Positions 51,384-64,000 of a stretch of DNA of 64,000 nt are shown here, one piece after another. The stretch comes from Phoronis australis (taxonomy: Eukaryota; Animalia; Phoronida): assembly GCA_002633005.1 (NCBI GenBank), contig NMRA01000920.1, forward strand, positions 5,974 to 69,973, given 5' to 3'. Each line of letters starts with the position of its first letter. Position 1 is the first letter of the stretch. The position numbers and the translations under genes were made by a program. The notes below the pieces were generated by a model. That model saw only the letters and a program-made list of their open reading frames with translations. It was not told the DNA's origin and searched no databases.

Positions 51384-52065
51384 CATCGTCGCTATATGGT
51401 GTGTTTCTAATTAATTTCGCAAATCACAGAGATAAGGAATTATCCTGCAAGTTCCACTTGAAGGGCACTTCTCCATAACTTTAAATATTGAACTTGACCA
51501 CTTGAAGGAGTTACGATAAAGACTTTTTTTGCAATTCTGCTTTCATCCACTAGAACTAAATGATTCCAGAGCCTTAGCATATTTTCATGTTATTTGTAGT
51601 GTGAATTTGGCCAACCCGAGTCGCCATAAAGTACTGCATTGGCAGCATACTTGTGGACCCCTAAAAATATACGCAATGCTCTCGTTCTGATCATTTCGTA
51701 TTTGGAGTATTGATAATAACCCAAATTCCAGATCCATATTCTAGAATTGAAGCTAAGGACATTTCAAAACATTTACTGTAACTGTTGAAACCCATGTTAC
51801 CAATAACTATATTTGTACTTGCTCACCAGAGCTCCCAATTCTCTGGACGCGGAGCCTTCTAGTACTTCAGTTGTCAAACTGAAATCCATTGTCTTTCTAA
51901 GAGACGGGTATGAACACAACACCCCTCCCAAATTCAAAAAGACATGCCAAATTGGAGAACCTGTAGCTTCGATAAGCTACAGCTTGGAAAAATTATTCAT
52001 TTCACTTTTTGCATGAAAAATATATGTAGAGTGCTGCAAAGCTCGTTAAGCAAATGTGTTCAATC

Positions 52066-52322
52066 CATCAGCGCACCCAAGGGGGCTTCGGGGGCTCGAA
52101 CGAGCCCCCTATTTGGCGAATTGGGTAAAAAGGTCCGCCTCAGAGAAACAAAAACTCCGATGAAACTAGGAAACGAGACAAAAGTCCACTAAAAAGGCAG
52201 GAACTACCAAAATTCGGCAATTGCACAATTCATAACTCTGAACATACCATGCGAATCTTAATAAAAGTTCCACTTTCTCAAAAATTGAGCCTCCCATATT
52301 TTTAGGGCTCGATGCCCTCATG
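52066..52322. mobile_element. Older copy of the same MITE family
   Basis: caatc|CATCAGCGCACCC...GATGCCCTCATG|caata; body matches 44560-44810 in reverse. Confidence 0.7.
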
Positions 52323-54125
52323 CAATATAATATTAATGAACAAGGAGAAATATAATATTCTTTTTTAGTCAACAATCATAAAAATTGGATTTCCTTGTTT
52401 TGTTCTTCCTATAGACCTAATTCACGCCGACAGGAGGAGTGTTCCAAAACGAGGCTCGCTACGATAGCTCTGTTTGCTTATCGCATAGTTTTATTACGCG
52501 TTGCTCGAACGGCGATAGAAAATATACCGACACCCAACTGTCTGTTTTACAATCCATAAGGACGTTTCGGAAGCGTTCGGTCATTGCCATAAACCGCGAC
52601 GAAGGAAAATATTTCCGTGTAAAATTAATAAATGTTTCGAAAAGTTAGGTCATATTTTGTCGCATCTCGGTTGCCGAGCATCATAGCAACGACCGGTGAA
52701 TCTTCGGCCAGCCAGGCTGTGTTTTCATGACTACGGGTTGAAACATGAGGCATTTTTCTTTCCACATGGACAGGGCTCTCAATCCCTCGCTTTTGGGGCC
52801 GAATATTTGCCCTCTCAAAGAAAATGAAAAATCTCGAAATTACCCCCAACGAGGCCTAAAAAATTTCCCTAGTGATTGAAAATATCCCTCCGAAGGTCAA
52901 ATTACCTGTAACCACACAGGGGACAATTTAAAAGAGCACAAATTGCTATTTGAGACAGAGCTTATGAGAGCTTGCAACAGGACGGGGGTGCTAATGATGG
53001 TGATCGGCAGATAGATTTTCCCCCTCACTCGGCGAAAAAATTCCTCCCGTCAGACACAGGCACATTTCCGCTCGGATAAATGAGGCCCCTGAGAAAACAT
53101 AACTATGCTTGGTCTGTCCAGTTAACTGAAATTGAGCTCTAAAACGAGGTTATGCTTTGGACGGACAAATTAGTTGTTTTAATTTTAAAATTCAACTTGG
53201 TCCAGATTGATATTTGAAACCTAACACATGAAATAGACATAAGAACTATTAAAAGCACAAAAGCAGAATTGATGGTCAAATAATTTTTATTTTCAATTAT
53301 GAACCTGGTTTTTTATTTTAATAAAATATACTCCCCCCCCCCCCTAAAATTTTACCAGATACCATTTGGGAGTTCGGGTGCGCGCAAGCAGGGGCTCGTC
53401 GGGGGTGAATAAACAGTGCATAGGTCCTGAGCAAACTGAACATACCCGTTTACCGTTTTTGTTTTAGTCAACAGGTGCGCATCTGCCGAAATTCTGGTTA
53501 TTCCCGTGCCCTGACCCCCCTAACGCAAAATCCTGGATCCGCCCCAGAATCAACTGTTAGTCCCGGTAGTCCCACTTCACTACCAGGACCTAGTAGGCTA
53601 TGCTTGATAATAATATTCTTGATCACCAAATTAAACCAGATGTGACTTGCAAATGACAGCAAAATGCGATGAGCCACAACTGTCGAATATATCTTCAACT
53701 CGTCAAAAATACGAGATGACCTGGTTCGTGTAGAAAGCATTTTTATCAACAATTTACAAGAAGAAACAGCATAATACCTAATCTGTTACACGATTGCCCA
53801 ATTTGGTCATATTTACTTTTCATGTTTCGAACCTAGTTTTCCGAAAAACTTATACCCTTTCGTCAGACAAATCTTTAGTACATTGACGTGTTCTCAAATG
53901 TATTTTTCTATGTCTCTGTTGTTAATTATTGACACATTCTTAAGATTTAAGATCCAGATTGGACTCGAAAGACCAGCCATCTAACTCATGCAATGTCAAC
54001 TTCCGCTTTGTTTATCGCAGTGAGCCTCGCTTTGGATTTTGAAGCTTGCCGCGTGAATTAGGTCTATACTGGCTTGATATTATGGCTACTTATAACACCC
54101 ATTTGACATGTGCACAACTACTTAC

Positions 54126-54350
54126 GAGACAGTACAAAACCGAAAACTTGTACGTCACACAACGTCAGAGTCTCCGATTTACCAGGAATCTGTATGTACA
54201 AATAACGTCCATACACCGGATGAGGGCTACATCTAACTGTTACTCTGGCACCGTCGGCAACTGAACCCTTGTGAGTGTTGCACAGCTGATGTGAAGCGGA
54301 TGGACTAGAGGTGTTGGTCACCTTAACGTTAAAGTCGTGGAGACGTTCAC
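54126..54350 (-). CDS. F-type lectin gene, exon e (C-terminal half of second FTP domain)
   Basis: ttgcag|GERLHDFNVKVTN...LCNTHKG...VRCSPHPVYGRYLYIQIPGKSETLTLCDVQVF; 225 bp, phase 1. Ends either at a GTAAGT donor or by reading through to TAG at 54118-54120. Confidence 0.9.
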
Positions 54351-57300
54351 CTGCAATAACATGACATTACGTTGGTGATTTCAGTGAAATGCTCTGATAC
54401 AACAGCGGTGAAAGAGATTTTACTCACAACGGGTTAGGGACTGCTGTCACAAACTAGCTCAATGCTCCCGTCTTTAAAAATAGATGCTGGGAGTTGGTAC
54501 GTTGGTCAGGACGACAGTCCTCAGCTTGCTCTGCTATTGGCTCCAGTTTGTGTACTTTTAAATTTACATTAATGTAAGTCACTTTTTGAATTTTACATAA
54601 TCTTTTCAAGTTATTTGTCCACGTGTACTCTACTTATTATAACACTTTTGGTAATTTAATTGTACATCTCTGTTTGTGTTTTAACTGTATGTTAATATTT
54701 TCCACCACGCCCACTTAAAACATTGACAGCAACAAAGATGACACTAATGACGACGCGGACAAATACCTCGGAGACTACGACATCGCCGGCGACACTGTCA
54801 AAAAACCGACAATGCGTCAGCAACAAAACTAAAGCAATGAGCTCATTGACTAAAGAAATCGCTGAAGACTACAAAACCGCACCCAACACCGATAACAACA
54901 ACGACGTCGATCGTGTCAAAAGACACCAACCAGGTCAAAGACTATGATACCGCTAAAATGAATCGTTATCATTGTCTTCGTCATCATCATAACCATCACC
55001 ATCCCCACCAGCATCAGTTATTGATGACGAAGTCAATAAATAAACAAAAACCTGAACACTGGCTGCCAATCCACAAGAATACGAGGGAGGAACAGTCAAT
55101 AAAAATAGTTGTCCACGCTAATAACTCAAGAACGGAGAGTTTAGTGAAAACAGACAATTGTTTCTTGTAGTACTTGGCGATCTTCATCCACATATTAGTT
55201 TTATAAAGATCCGTCAGAGGACGTCTTCATAGCTTAAGTCAGATTCAAATAAAATGCAACTGTTCTAGAGACTATAAAAATTCAAAAATTGCGCGCAAAT
55301 TGAAAGTCAATAGAAAGAAAAATATGGTACGTTACATGCAAACGATAGAAGGGTCAAGAACTGTTGTTTTTCAATCCTGAGACGACTACCTCGTGCCATA
55401 TTACGCAACAGGGTCGGACCTTATAGTCAGATTCAAATTTGGCAAAACCGACTGTTGAGGGCATTTGGGGGGGTAAAGATGCGCTGAAATATTTGAGCTC
55501 ACTATATTTCCAATGTAGCGTGCGGTATCATGTGACCTTTTTGCGTGACCTTAACCTCCAGTTACAAAATTAGTATCAGAATCGATTTTATACTACCTCA
55601 AAACCCATAGTTTGTTGTATCATACTCATTTTAAAAGGCATTTATTGGGATTTGTCAATTACAATATGGCCGTTGGCGGCCATCCTGGATTTGAGGGTTA
55701 TGCCGGCATAATCCAGCGAGGCATACAATTTTTTTGATTCAGCACTCCAAAATTAGTTCAAAATCAATCAAAATCAAATACCCTCGACACCATTTTCTTA
55801 GGCCTTTTTTGAAAATTGGAACCTCACTATAAGCCAATCTCGAATGCCTCGAGAACGGTAAGTTATACCAAGAAACGGATGCCACACGTACTGCATAATG
55901 ATTTCAGAAATAAACTAGCCAAACTGCCAAACCTGGAAAATCATCTTACAAGAATTGTTTATCAGTTTATTCGAACTTTTGTTGCAATGAAACATTTTTT
56001 GTAGAATTTAAGTTGGAACATAGCGGGTGGATATTGCGCCTAAGAACTAAATTTTTGTGTACGTAACTGACTTGCGTAATAAGATGTCGTGATTTCAACA
56101 ATGTGGATGGATCAAATGAGTCGAGATTTTGCCAAGATTTAGCAACACTTAAAATGAATTCAAGTTGAAAATAACTGGACATTAAGTTCCAGATTTGTCT
56201 GCCGAAGCATTGTCGAATTTTTACATCTGTCCAGTTTACTTGGACACTACGATGTGACAAGAAATACACCAATAAAAGAGACATCAGAAATTCCGGTGTA
56301 ACTCGAGCAGTAAGTCGTAGTAAGAAACAGATGAATCTCTCCAAATATTCCTCGCCTATATTTATCCTCATTTCAGAAGATTCTCTACAGCGACCGTGGA
56401 TTTAGAGCTTAGCAAAAGATTATTCGAAAAATGACCACCACACCGCCGTTTGCATCATATTTCGCTACGAAAAACGTGCCTATGACAGACCAACAAAAGA
56501 TCAGCGAGCAATAGGTCAATAAAAGAAGTCGTCAAATCAGCAAATCTCGTGTAACACGAGAACGGCCAGTCGGAGCGAAAAAACGGATTGCATATCCTGA
56601 GACACCACTTGATAAGACTTATTAACATAGGAATTTCATAAGTCCTCGTCAAAGGACCGCGTAGCTAGAGCTCCGCAAAAGGAAAATGGCAATCACAGCG
56701 CCATCTGTAGTCCAATTTTGCCAAAAATGTAGGCCTCAAACTTTTAACAACATTATGGTGAGTGTAAGTTTCACGTGGATCAGACGAAAATGTGATCTGC
56801 CACGTTCGCATTATAGATCAACAAAAGAACTGTGTCTTTAAACCACAGATTAGCCAAGCTTATATAACTCGAGAACGGCAAGGCGGGTGGTATGTACGAA
56901 TAGTGTAAGTAAAAACGTGGAGTTTCGACCATGTTCCAAGGCCGTCTACTGGCTAAAAGACAAATTGTGTCCTTCACCGCTGGTGTCACAGGGAAGTCTG
57001 GAGACACCTTACGTCCCAGTGCCAAATATCAGTTGTAACGCAGTCTGCCAAACCTGTTTAGATGTAGTTTTCGACTCGATTCCTTCTCTCCTTTCCTGAA
57101 CAACTCGGTCACTATTCCTAATATTTTGACATCTTCAAAATCACAATGGTGACCTATGTTGTCAAGGTGAGTCTATACAGGTGAGTTCTAAGTACTCTCA
57201 TAACTGGGACGGCGGCACTGGTAAAGTCACCCCCGTAATTAGCCTTACAACCCTCCTCACTACAATCGATCCCGTCTGCACCTGAAGACTTTCGTTCCTG

Positions 57301-58422
57301 AGGAGTGCGGTCTTTAACATGATCTAAACGTAGGCGCATGATTTTCAACGTCTTATGGATAACCCTGATCCCAACTCCTGGAAACCTCGAACCTATGTAA
57401 TAAACTCTATGCATAGGGTATGCTGAATTGGGCTTACGTGCTTTTCCTGCTATGAGTGTTGCTCTGATTGGTTCCGGAAAGGTGTGAAGGAAGTGATGCA
57501 TGAGACAATCGAGAAATCATCTATAAATAGGCTTGATGGTCTGCGTTTCAACTTACCTCACATCTGGGACTGGGTCGTAGGGCACTTTCCGTGTGTGAAT
57601 AACACAGCATGTCATTCAGTCAGCAGATGAAACCAAAATGCTCCAACGAATACGAAGACGACATCAACGACAACCAAGACAACGCCAATGATGCTGGTAT
57701 TGACAACAGCAACGATACCGTCAGCAATTTAATGATGCATACCACAGTGCATTTACAGAGACAAGACTGCCGATCACAGAAGTCGCAGTCAGTGACAGCG
57801 ACGCTGCCTACACCGACGATGACAATGGCTATAATTCCGCTATTGCCGACGACAGCAACGCTCAGCGAGCCGACAACAGTTCCGAACCAGGTAACAGCAT
57901 TAATTTTGTTAACACTGAATCCAATGACGTACAATGACGAAAGCTACAGAGACGCCGGCACTGCCACGGGAACAACGTGAACAACACTGATGAGATGAGA
58001 GCGCATCTGGCGTCCATATAAGCCATTGTCACTCCAGACGACCGTTCGGCAATCAAGGTGCCGATAACAACGACCTTGAAGCAAACGACACCAATGCCAA
58101 AGGCGGCGCCGTTGGAAACCATAAGTACCTCACCGGTGACCCCCCCTTGAAAATTGGATGTCACACACGATGACGTGATTGTTCCAAAATTTTAAAACCA
58201 TTACTGTTTTTAGCCACTTGCACGGACTTTCCATGGTTTTGAAATGCGATGATAAGTAATATTGGCACAACCTGCGTACACCTGTACTGCAGAGAATACC
58301 AGCTCATCTGTTTATCAGATAGATTGAGCTACGTACAGCCAGCCTGTCTCAGCTTTACCTGAGAGTTTGCAACTATTACAACAGCTTAATCACAATATTT
58401 CATAGCTCTTCAACATAATTAC

Positions 58423-58629
58423 CGCAACAGTCCCCTCTGTTTAATACGGTTACATAGGAGATTGAGTGCGAAGCTGACAGATCCACTCTCCACCAGGGGT
58501 CCTTCTCACCAGCCGTATGTGTACAGTAAGAGTAGTGTGTAGATAAATATCTATCCACTGCTTTTGAAGACACGAAGTATTCATGTGTAGAGGACTGCTC
58601 AGTTGGCTTTCCAAAAGCGACATTCACTG
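58423..58629 (-). CDS. F-type lectin gene, exon d (N-terminal half of second FTP domain)
   Basis: NVAFGKPTEQSST...SKAVD...CTHTAGEKDPWWRVDL...VTVLNRGDCC; 207 bp, AG/GT bounded, phase 1-1. Splicing to exon e completes H-X26-RGDCCGER. Confidence 0.95.
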
Positions 58630-59164
58630 CTGTAACAGAATACAAAAGCTTTGAACTGTCATGCGTGTCCATGACTCCTTGATGGAGCAGGAGCATAATG
58701 TAATATTGGAAGTCTGTTCAAGTGAAAGCTTAGCAGAATAACTCCCTACCCCTACTTTCTCGTTGTTCACCTCAAACAGCTCGAAACTCACCAAAGAGGA
58801 AAGAACTAATTTCTTCGAACAAACATAGCCTGATGGTGTCCTGCTGAAAGTAGTTCTATGGTCATTGGTCCCTCAAGACCAGTTTGTAGTTTACAAAAGC
58901 ACCAGATAAGAGAGACATTTCCTCTCTTGCTAAAATTGGGTCTCATGCATCTAACGAATTCCGTTGTGTACTTGCCAATAATACGATATCGAAGGTCAGT
59001 GGTAACCCTTTACAAAACAACAAGACATCAAACTACAAAAAGTTCAGGCAATACAAACAATAAAGTATAATAAAATATGTAAAAGTTAGACCACACTATT
59101 TAGAAATAGTGCAGACAATAATGAAAGATCTCTAGGGAGCGACATTTGGCAAAACTTATAGATA

Positions 59165-59480
59165 GACGACGATGGTGATGACAGCTAGGATGATGATAAT
59201 GATGACGACGATGATGACGATAATGATGATGATAGTGATGATGATGACAAAAATGATTATAAGGACAGTCTTGTAAATTAATACTTGGCAAAAGAGAATG
59301 AAACACGATGATGATGGGGACGATGGCGGGGGTGGTGGTAATGGCGGTGGTGGTGGTGGTGACGACGATGATGATGGTGGTGGAGATGGTGGTGGTGGTG
59401 GTGATGGTGGTGGTGGAGATCGTGGTGGTGGTGATGATGATGGTGGTGGTGGTGATGATGGGGGTGGTGGTTGTGGTGAT
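59165..59480. repeat. (GAT)n/(GGT)n intronic microsatellites
   Basis: Directly visible; the source of the poly-Pro/His/Gly ORFs. Confidence 0.9.
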
Positions 59481-59589
59481 TCGGGGCAGGCATGAAAATT
59501 CTGTACCATAGCGAAAATTATTGCGAATGATTTCAAAATATTCAAAATTTTCATTACAAATGCAAAATTATTCCATGAACCAAACATAC

Positions 59590-59844
59590 CCTTCTCAATT
59601 ATGGCTTGCATGGCTGGAATTCGCTTTACAACGCTCTTTGGCACCGTGTGCGCTCCGCCACTCGTGAGCGAGCCATCATACAGTCCGGCGGTAAATAAGG
59701 TGCCCGGGCTCACGTGGCGACAGCACTTGTGTTCGTTGTCTTTGACACGAATCACAGTATTACTAGTGGCACTATTGTAGTGATAACCTATGACGTCTCC
59801 TTGTTTCACTTCAACAATAGTGATGATGCCAATGTCTTGTTCAC
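59590..59844 (-). CDS. F-type lectin gene, exon c (second half of unnamed domain)
   Basis: tttttctag|GEQDIGIITIVEVKQGDVIGYHY...RIPAMQAIIEK|gtatgt; 255 bp, phase 1-1, open frame. Confidence 0.8.
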
Positions 59845-60329
59845 CTAGAAAAAATTTCTGTTTGTTACTAAAGTGATACCTCATCATTAAATAAACAAAC
59901 ACTAGCAGTAGTAAAATTTCTTCGTGCTTCCCAACACATTTTTCTAGACAGTCACCCGTGTCCGCTGACTAACATTTAGCAACAATGACATTCTTAGAAC
60001 AAACGTATCAAAAACTTTGCTTTGTGTACAGTGCCTGAGTTAAACAGTCAAAATTCCAAGCTGTGTAGTTTTCATATTTTTAATTAGTTGTTTATATGTT
60101 GATTCATTTCAATACAATTGTCGACAAATGTCTTACATCATATAATAATCTTTTTAAAATGTATTCATACTTACTCAAGAACAACGTCAACTCGGAAGTC
60201 ACTTTCAGGGAGGGCAACAACTTTGGGCGTGATCGTGATGGTGTTAGCAAATATGATGGGGTGATAACGCTTGTGATGATGGGCAGTATACATGTGTATG
60301 TCTATCGGAAATTCAGCAGAAAATGCACA

Positions 60330-61005
60330 AAATGACTTTAAAGTATGGGAATGAAACTTGTTTGCATGTAAAAATTGCGTATATATAAGGTGTAAGTGTT
60401 AAGAACTTATTGATGTTTGCACTAAGTGACCTTTGACTAATAAAATATGATTATATGATTGAATGTCTAAGAAAATTTGTACCTACAATTGACATGTTGT
60501 CTGTAAACTGCACTGAATATTGGAAAATTTAGGCTAAATAACATTTCGAAAATTTGATAACCAAATTGCACTCAACGCTTGGAAGTGCAATTGATTTAAA
60601 ATGTACCAATCACTGAAGTTATATGAAGTTCCTAGTTCAAAGTTTATGTTTGCACCCAATGACCTTTGACCTATAAAATATCACTTAAAAAGAAATACAT
60701 TTAATTGGCATGTTGGTTTACACTAGTCTGCCGGAGTTGCTAATCTTTCTTTTAAAACTGTGGGGAAATTGTCATTTTCAAAATAAAATTATCTTTTAAC
60801 CAATTAACCTCTCCCGGTGCATTTCGGAACATAACACTACCATATTTCAAATTTTATATACTGGCGAGTGACTTCTCTTAAATTTCAAAATCGACCCTCA
60901 GCCGTTTAGGAATTATTAAGGTCTTGACAAGGTCGGAAAGAATAAGAAGAATCAGATAAAAACCATAGAAAAACAGTGCTCTGCGTTGTTACTCGCAGAG
61001 CGAAA
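60330..61005 (+). mobile_element. Possible Helentron-associated (HINE-like) non-autonomous repeat
   Basis: Repeated TGACCTTTGAC motifs, an AAGAAT run and a 3' hairpin GCTCTGCG-ttgttact-CGCAGAGC at ~60978-61001. Confidence 0.35.
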
Positions 61006-61352
61006 ATGCACCTAGTTAACAAGTAAATCCAAATCACCACGAAGTTTTGGATTAAAACTTGTTAACATGTAAATTTGAGGTCTGAAAATATATGTTTGTA
61101 CTCAGTTATGTTTGACCATTAAAATGTGATTGAATCGCTAAGAAAAGTGCAAATAAATGTGTTGGCCCAGCAGACCAGTTACGTGAATATGAGCCCACAT
61201 CCACATGGGCCTATATATGAGGGTTTACTGCCCGGCCACGAATCAAATGGCACAGAGCCACCGGGTCAGCGTGTTTTTCGAACACTGACGCCTAACCTCC
61301 CACAATATTGCATCTCCATAGCAGTAAAACACGAAGTGAAAACCTAGGGTAC

Positions 61353-61571
61353 CTTGATTTGCTACAGTCAGCTGCGTTTTGTGAATCAATGTCCATTGAT
61401 CTGGTTCTTTTGACAGCCGCCAGATGTCAGCCCACACTGTACCAGCACGTTTGGCATTAATTTTCCAACCAGTCAAATAAGCATCTGATGTTATGCGGAG
61501 GTCGGGAAATATTGATAAATTAGGGCCTTCGGTCGACATCTCATCAACGTCAGTTGGGCCACCGACATGAC
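61353..61571 (-). CDS. F-type lectin gene, exon b (first half of unnamed domain)
   Basis: gttttag|GHVGGPTDVDEMSTEGPNLSIFPDLRITSDAYLTGWKINAKRAGTVWADIWRLSKEPDQWTLIHKTQLTVANQ|gt; 219 bp, phase 1-1. Confidence 0.8.
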
Positions 61572-63666
61572 CTAAAACAACATGTTTAAAGAGTACTTGA
61601 ATAATTAAGTCTTAGTACCTGCGTAGGCCTAACAATGCGCTAAAACCCATTAGTGTTCCGCCTCGCTAAGGCGCGTGTCCCAGGGGCCGAGATCTAATCT
61701 TTCTTTTCTAAATCGAACTTGAAATTTTTTTGACATTTTCTGTTCTGTTTTGTACAAACTCAAGATAAGTACCTGTTCAGTGGTGAATCCAGGATTTTGA
61801 GTTAGGGGGGCAGGGCACAGGAATAACCAGAATTTCACCTCATACGATTCCGAGGTCGATCTCCAGTAAAAAATAGAGCTTTATTGACGTGCCCAATCAC
61901 ATATACCTTGTATATGTATTACTTGTCTATGAAATCTTACGGTTGTCACGGGTTCGCACTTCAGAAATAAATGATCAGACCAGCGACTGCAATTCAATCA
62001 TATACTGTACGTATCCCAACGGTATAGTCACACCTCATGAACTCCGATTCAAGACTCGCTCAAACCACGAGGTCTCCATAGAACCTGCATAGACATTTTC
62101 ATATCAATAACTAGCCAACAAATAGCTTCAACTAGGTGTCACAATCAATGGACATCAGAATATGAAAAGTGAGTCCATCCCGCCACACGCTTTATGCTCC
62201 TTGGTTATTCTTATTCGGTACATTTCAATTAATTGGTTAACTTTGAATTGCAAAAACGTTAACGTCTGCCATTTTGTAACAAGCATGCTATTACATCTTA
62301 GTCAAGTGGTTTTCTAACCGTGCGGTTTACCTTGTATCAGTAGTCTCTGTGTTTAATTCTTTGTAAAATACATTTAATTTACGTTTTAAATAAATTTGCG
62401 TTGTATTTCATTTCATTGTACATGTACTTTTTTCTGTTGTCATCTGTATTGTTCTTCTTAATTGTTAATTTATTGTTACTCGGTGGTCAGCTAGTTGCGG
62501 CCCGAGGCTTTGCTGGCCACCCAGTCACATTACAATGTATGTTTTTATATGATTAAAAAAAAAGTTTCTCTCTATTACAAATACACCCTTCTTGGTTTTA
62601 TTCAAAACTATATATGCGATTTAATTCGGTGATTTAATAGACGTTTTCATTGGGATGTACCTTCACACAGGCACCCACATAGACCTAAATTGCTAGACAG
62701 CTGGATAGATTTGAAGTGTTCTCTCTCCTTCCAGAAATAGATCGACTTTCATGCTTATTTACTTTTCATCGAGTTTAAGCGTTAGCTTAAATTATTATTC
62801 AAAAGGCAATGTTCTAGGTGTTTTGTCTGATAAGGGTGTGCCCTTCTGGATTTTCTCACACAACTTCAAAAGATGTTGGAAAAGCCCAGAACTTGGCAGT
62901 TACAAATGCTAACCGGAATCTTTGTTTCTCAAACTACTATGGCATATTTAAGCATCCCGTATGAACTCTGAAATTAAACGTATACCCTGCACAGTGAGCT
63001 TGCGTGTAAGGTCACGCACTGGGAAGCAGACCGCAGGCCCAACTGCAGCGTATAACTTCGCATTTATAAGACATTTCCTGGTTTAAATGTCCAGCACAAG
63101 TACTATTTGCTCTTAACCGTTTGTTGTCCCACTTCACCAATCAAAATCTGTGACAATATAAAATTTCATTCTAAAAGGTCATACTTATTGATTTAGTGCG
63201 ATGAACTCAAGACATAGATTAGTCCAAGGATTTACATTAACGGACAAGAAAACCTGCGCTTTCTGTAAAATGACAACGTTATAAAATTGATCGGTAAGAG
63301 CAATTACCGCCTCGCAACTAGATCTTCCGTTTGAAAGATGGAAATGGTTGGGAAGAAGCTTTTGGTGATAACGAAACTAAACGTCCTTGGTTTGTGCTAA
63401 ACAAAAATCCCTTCCAAAGAAGGGAATATTCCATAGAAAGAATTAACACAGGAACAAACAGCGCAACCTTAGCCGCGCGAGATCGAATTTGGCATTCGCT
63501 ACTAGGGTTCACAAAGTGCCAGTTCTTCACAAATCTGCAATCTGTGCAAGGAACACGATAAGAGTCGAATTTATAACGTTAATGCACCCAATTGAAAAGA
63601 TGTTTTCAACATAGTGTAAAGCAAAATGTTCAGAATATAAACACCCGTTTATTGCATCGTACTTAC

Positions 63667-63879
63667 CCGTAAAGAGGCTGTACACCTCCACCTCACACAA
63701 AACGAGATCAGGTCCCTTCTGATGTATAATAAGATATCTTCCGTATACAGTTTTATTGCAAAAGAGGTCCTCTGTTACACCAGCACCAATAATTCCAGGG
63801 TAGTGATAACATAGGGGGTCACTAGTTGACCATTTCTCGTTGCTGGATACACGGACAAAGATGTCGAAGGTCGATTTAT
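63667..63879 (-). CDS. F-type lectin gene, exon a (C-terminal half of first FTP domain); gene continues beyond the window
   Basis: ttccag|KSTFDIFVRVSS...PLCYHYPG...LFCNKTVYGRYLIIHQKGPDLVLCEVEVY..|gtaagt; 213 bp, phase 1-1; not in the ORF track. Confidence 0.9.
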
Positions 63880-64000
63880 CTGGAAGGCATTTACAACATT
63901 AGTCGCACGGTGCTCCATTGACATTGGAACCCCGGTGTAAAACACATATCCTGGAGCCGAAAACAGACTCCCGTCCCTTCAAAACAGCTAACCAACCCGA

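Noticed and set aside
50054-51960. Candidate further exons of the lectin gene (~50090-50250 and ~51827-51960, minus strand)
   Set aside because: Weak or phase-inconsistent splice sites and no recognisable domain.
57609-58140. Thr/Asp/Asn-rich mucin-like ORFs (similar tract at 54720-55020)
   Set aside because: Degenerate trinucleotide low-complexity DNA with frame breaks, antisense within lectin gene introns.
59156-59589. Proline-rich (extensin/formin-like) and poly-His ORF tails
   Set aside because: They lie beyond the GTATGT donor at 59589, in intronic (GGT)/(GAT) microsatellites.

Overview
AT-rich, intron- and repeat-rich animal DNA. The TE repertoire and the F-type lectin gene suggest a marine invertebrate, possibly a deuterostome (inference only). 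There is one 651-N assembly gap. The only convincing host gene is on the minus strand from about 54.1 kb to past the window end: five phase-1 exons encoding two F-type (fucolectin) domains around a ~158-aa domain I cannot name. The rest is mostly decayed and nested mobile DNA, much of it with readable target-site duplications (TSDs). Best leads: (1) an intronless PHD-finger mini-gene ending in two histone-type 3' stem-loops, inside a THAP-bearing P-like element with a 7-bp TSD; (2) a CAC...GTG element with a 5-bp TSD carrying two convergent decayed genes (C2H2 fingers, and a possible RAG1/Chapaev-like zinc-finger plus RING region), inserted cleanly into a LINE RNase H; (3) a ~10-kb TGT...ACA element flanked by CCGG (Ginger1 signature) with ~3.2-3.5 kb foldback arms containing satellites built from its own terminal motif. 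Also present: a Kolobok-like remnant, an IS3EU-like element with 21-bp palindromic minisatellites, a MITE family with 5-bp TSDs, three RT-type LINE fragments and a mariner-type fragment. All translations and alignments were done by eye and no database was searched.
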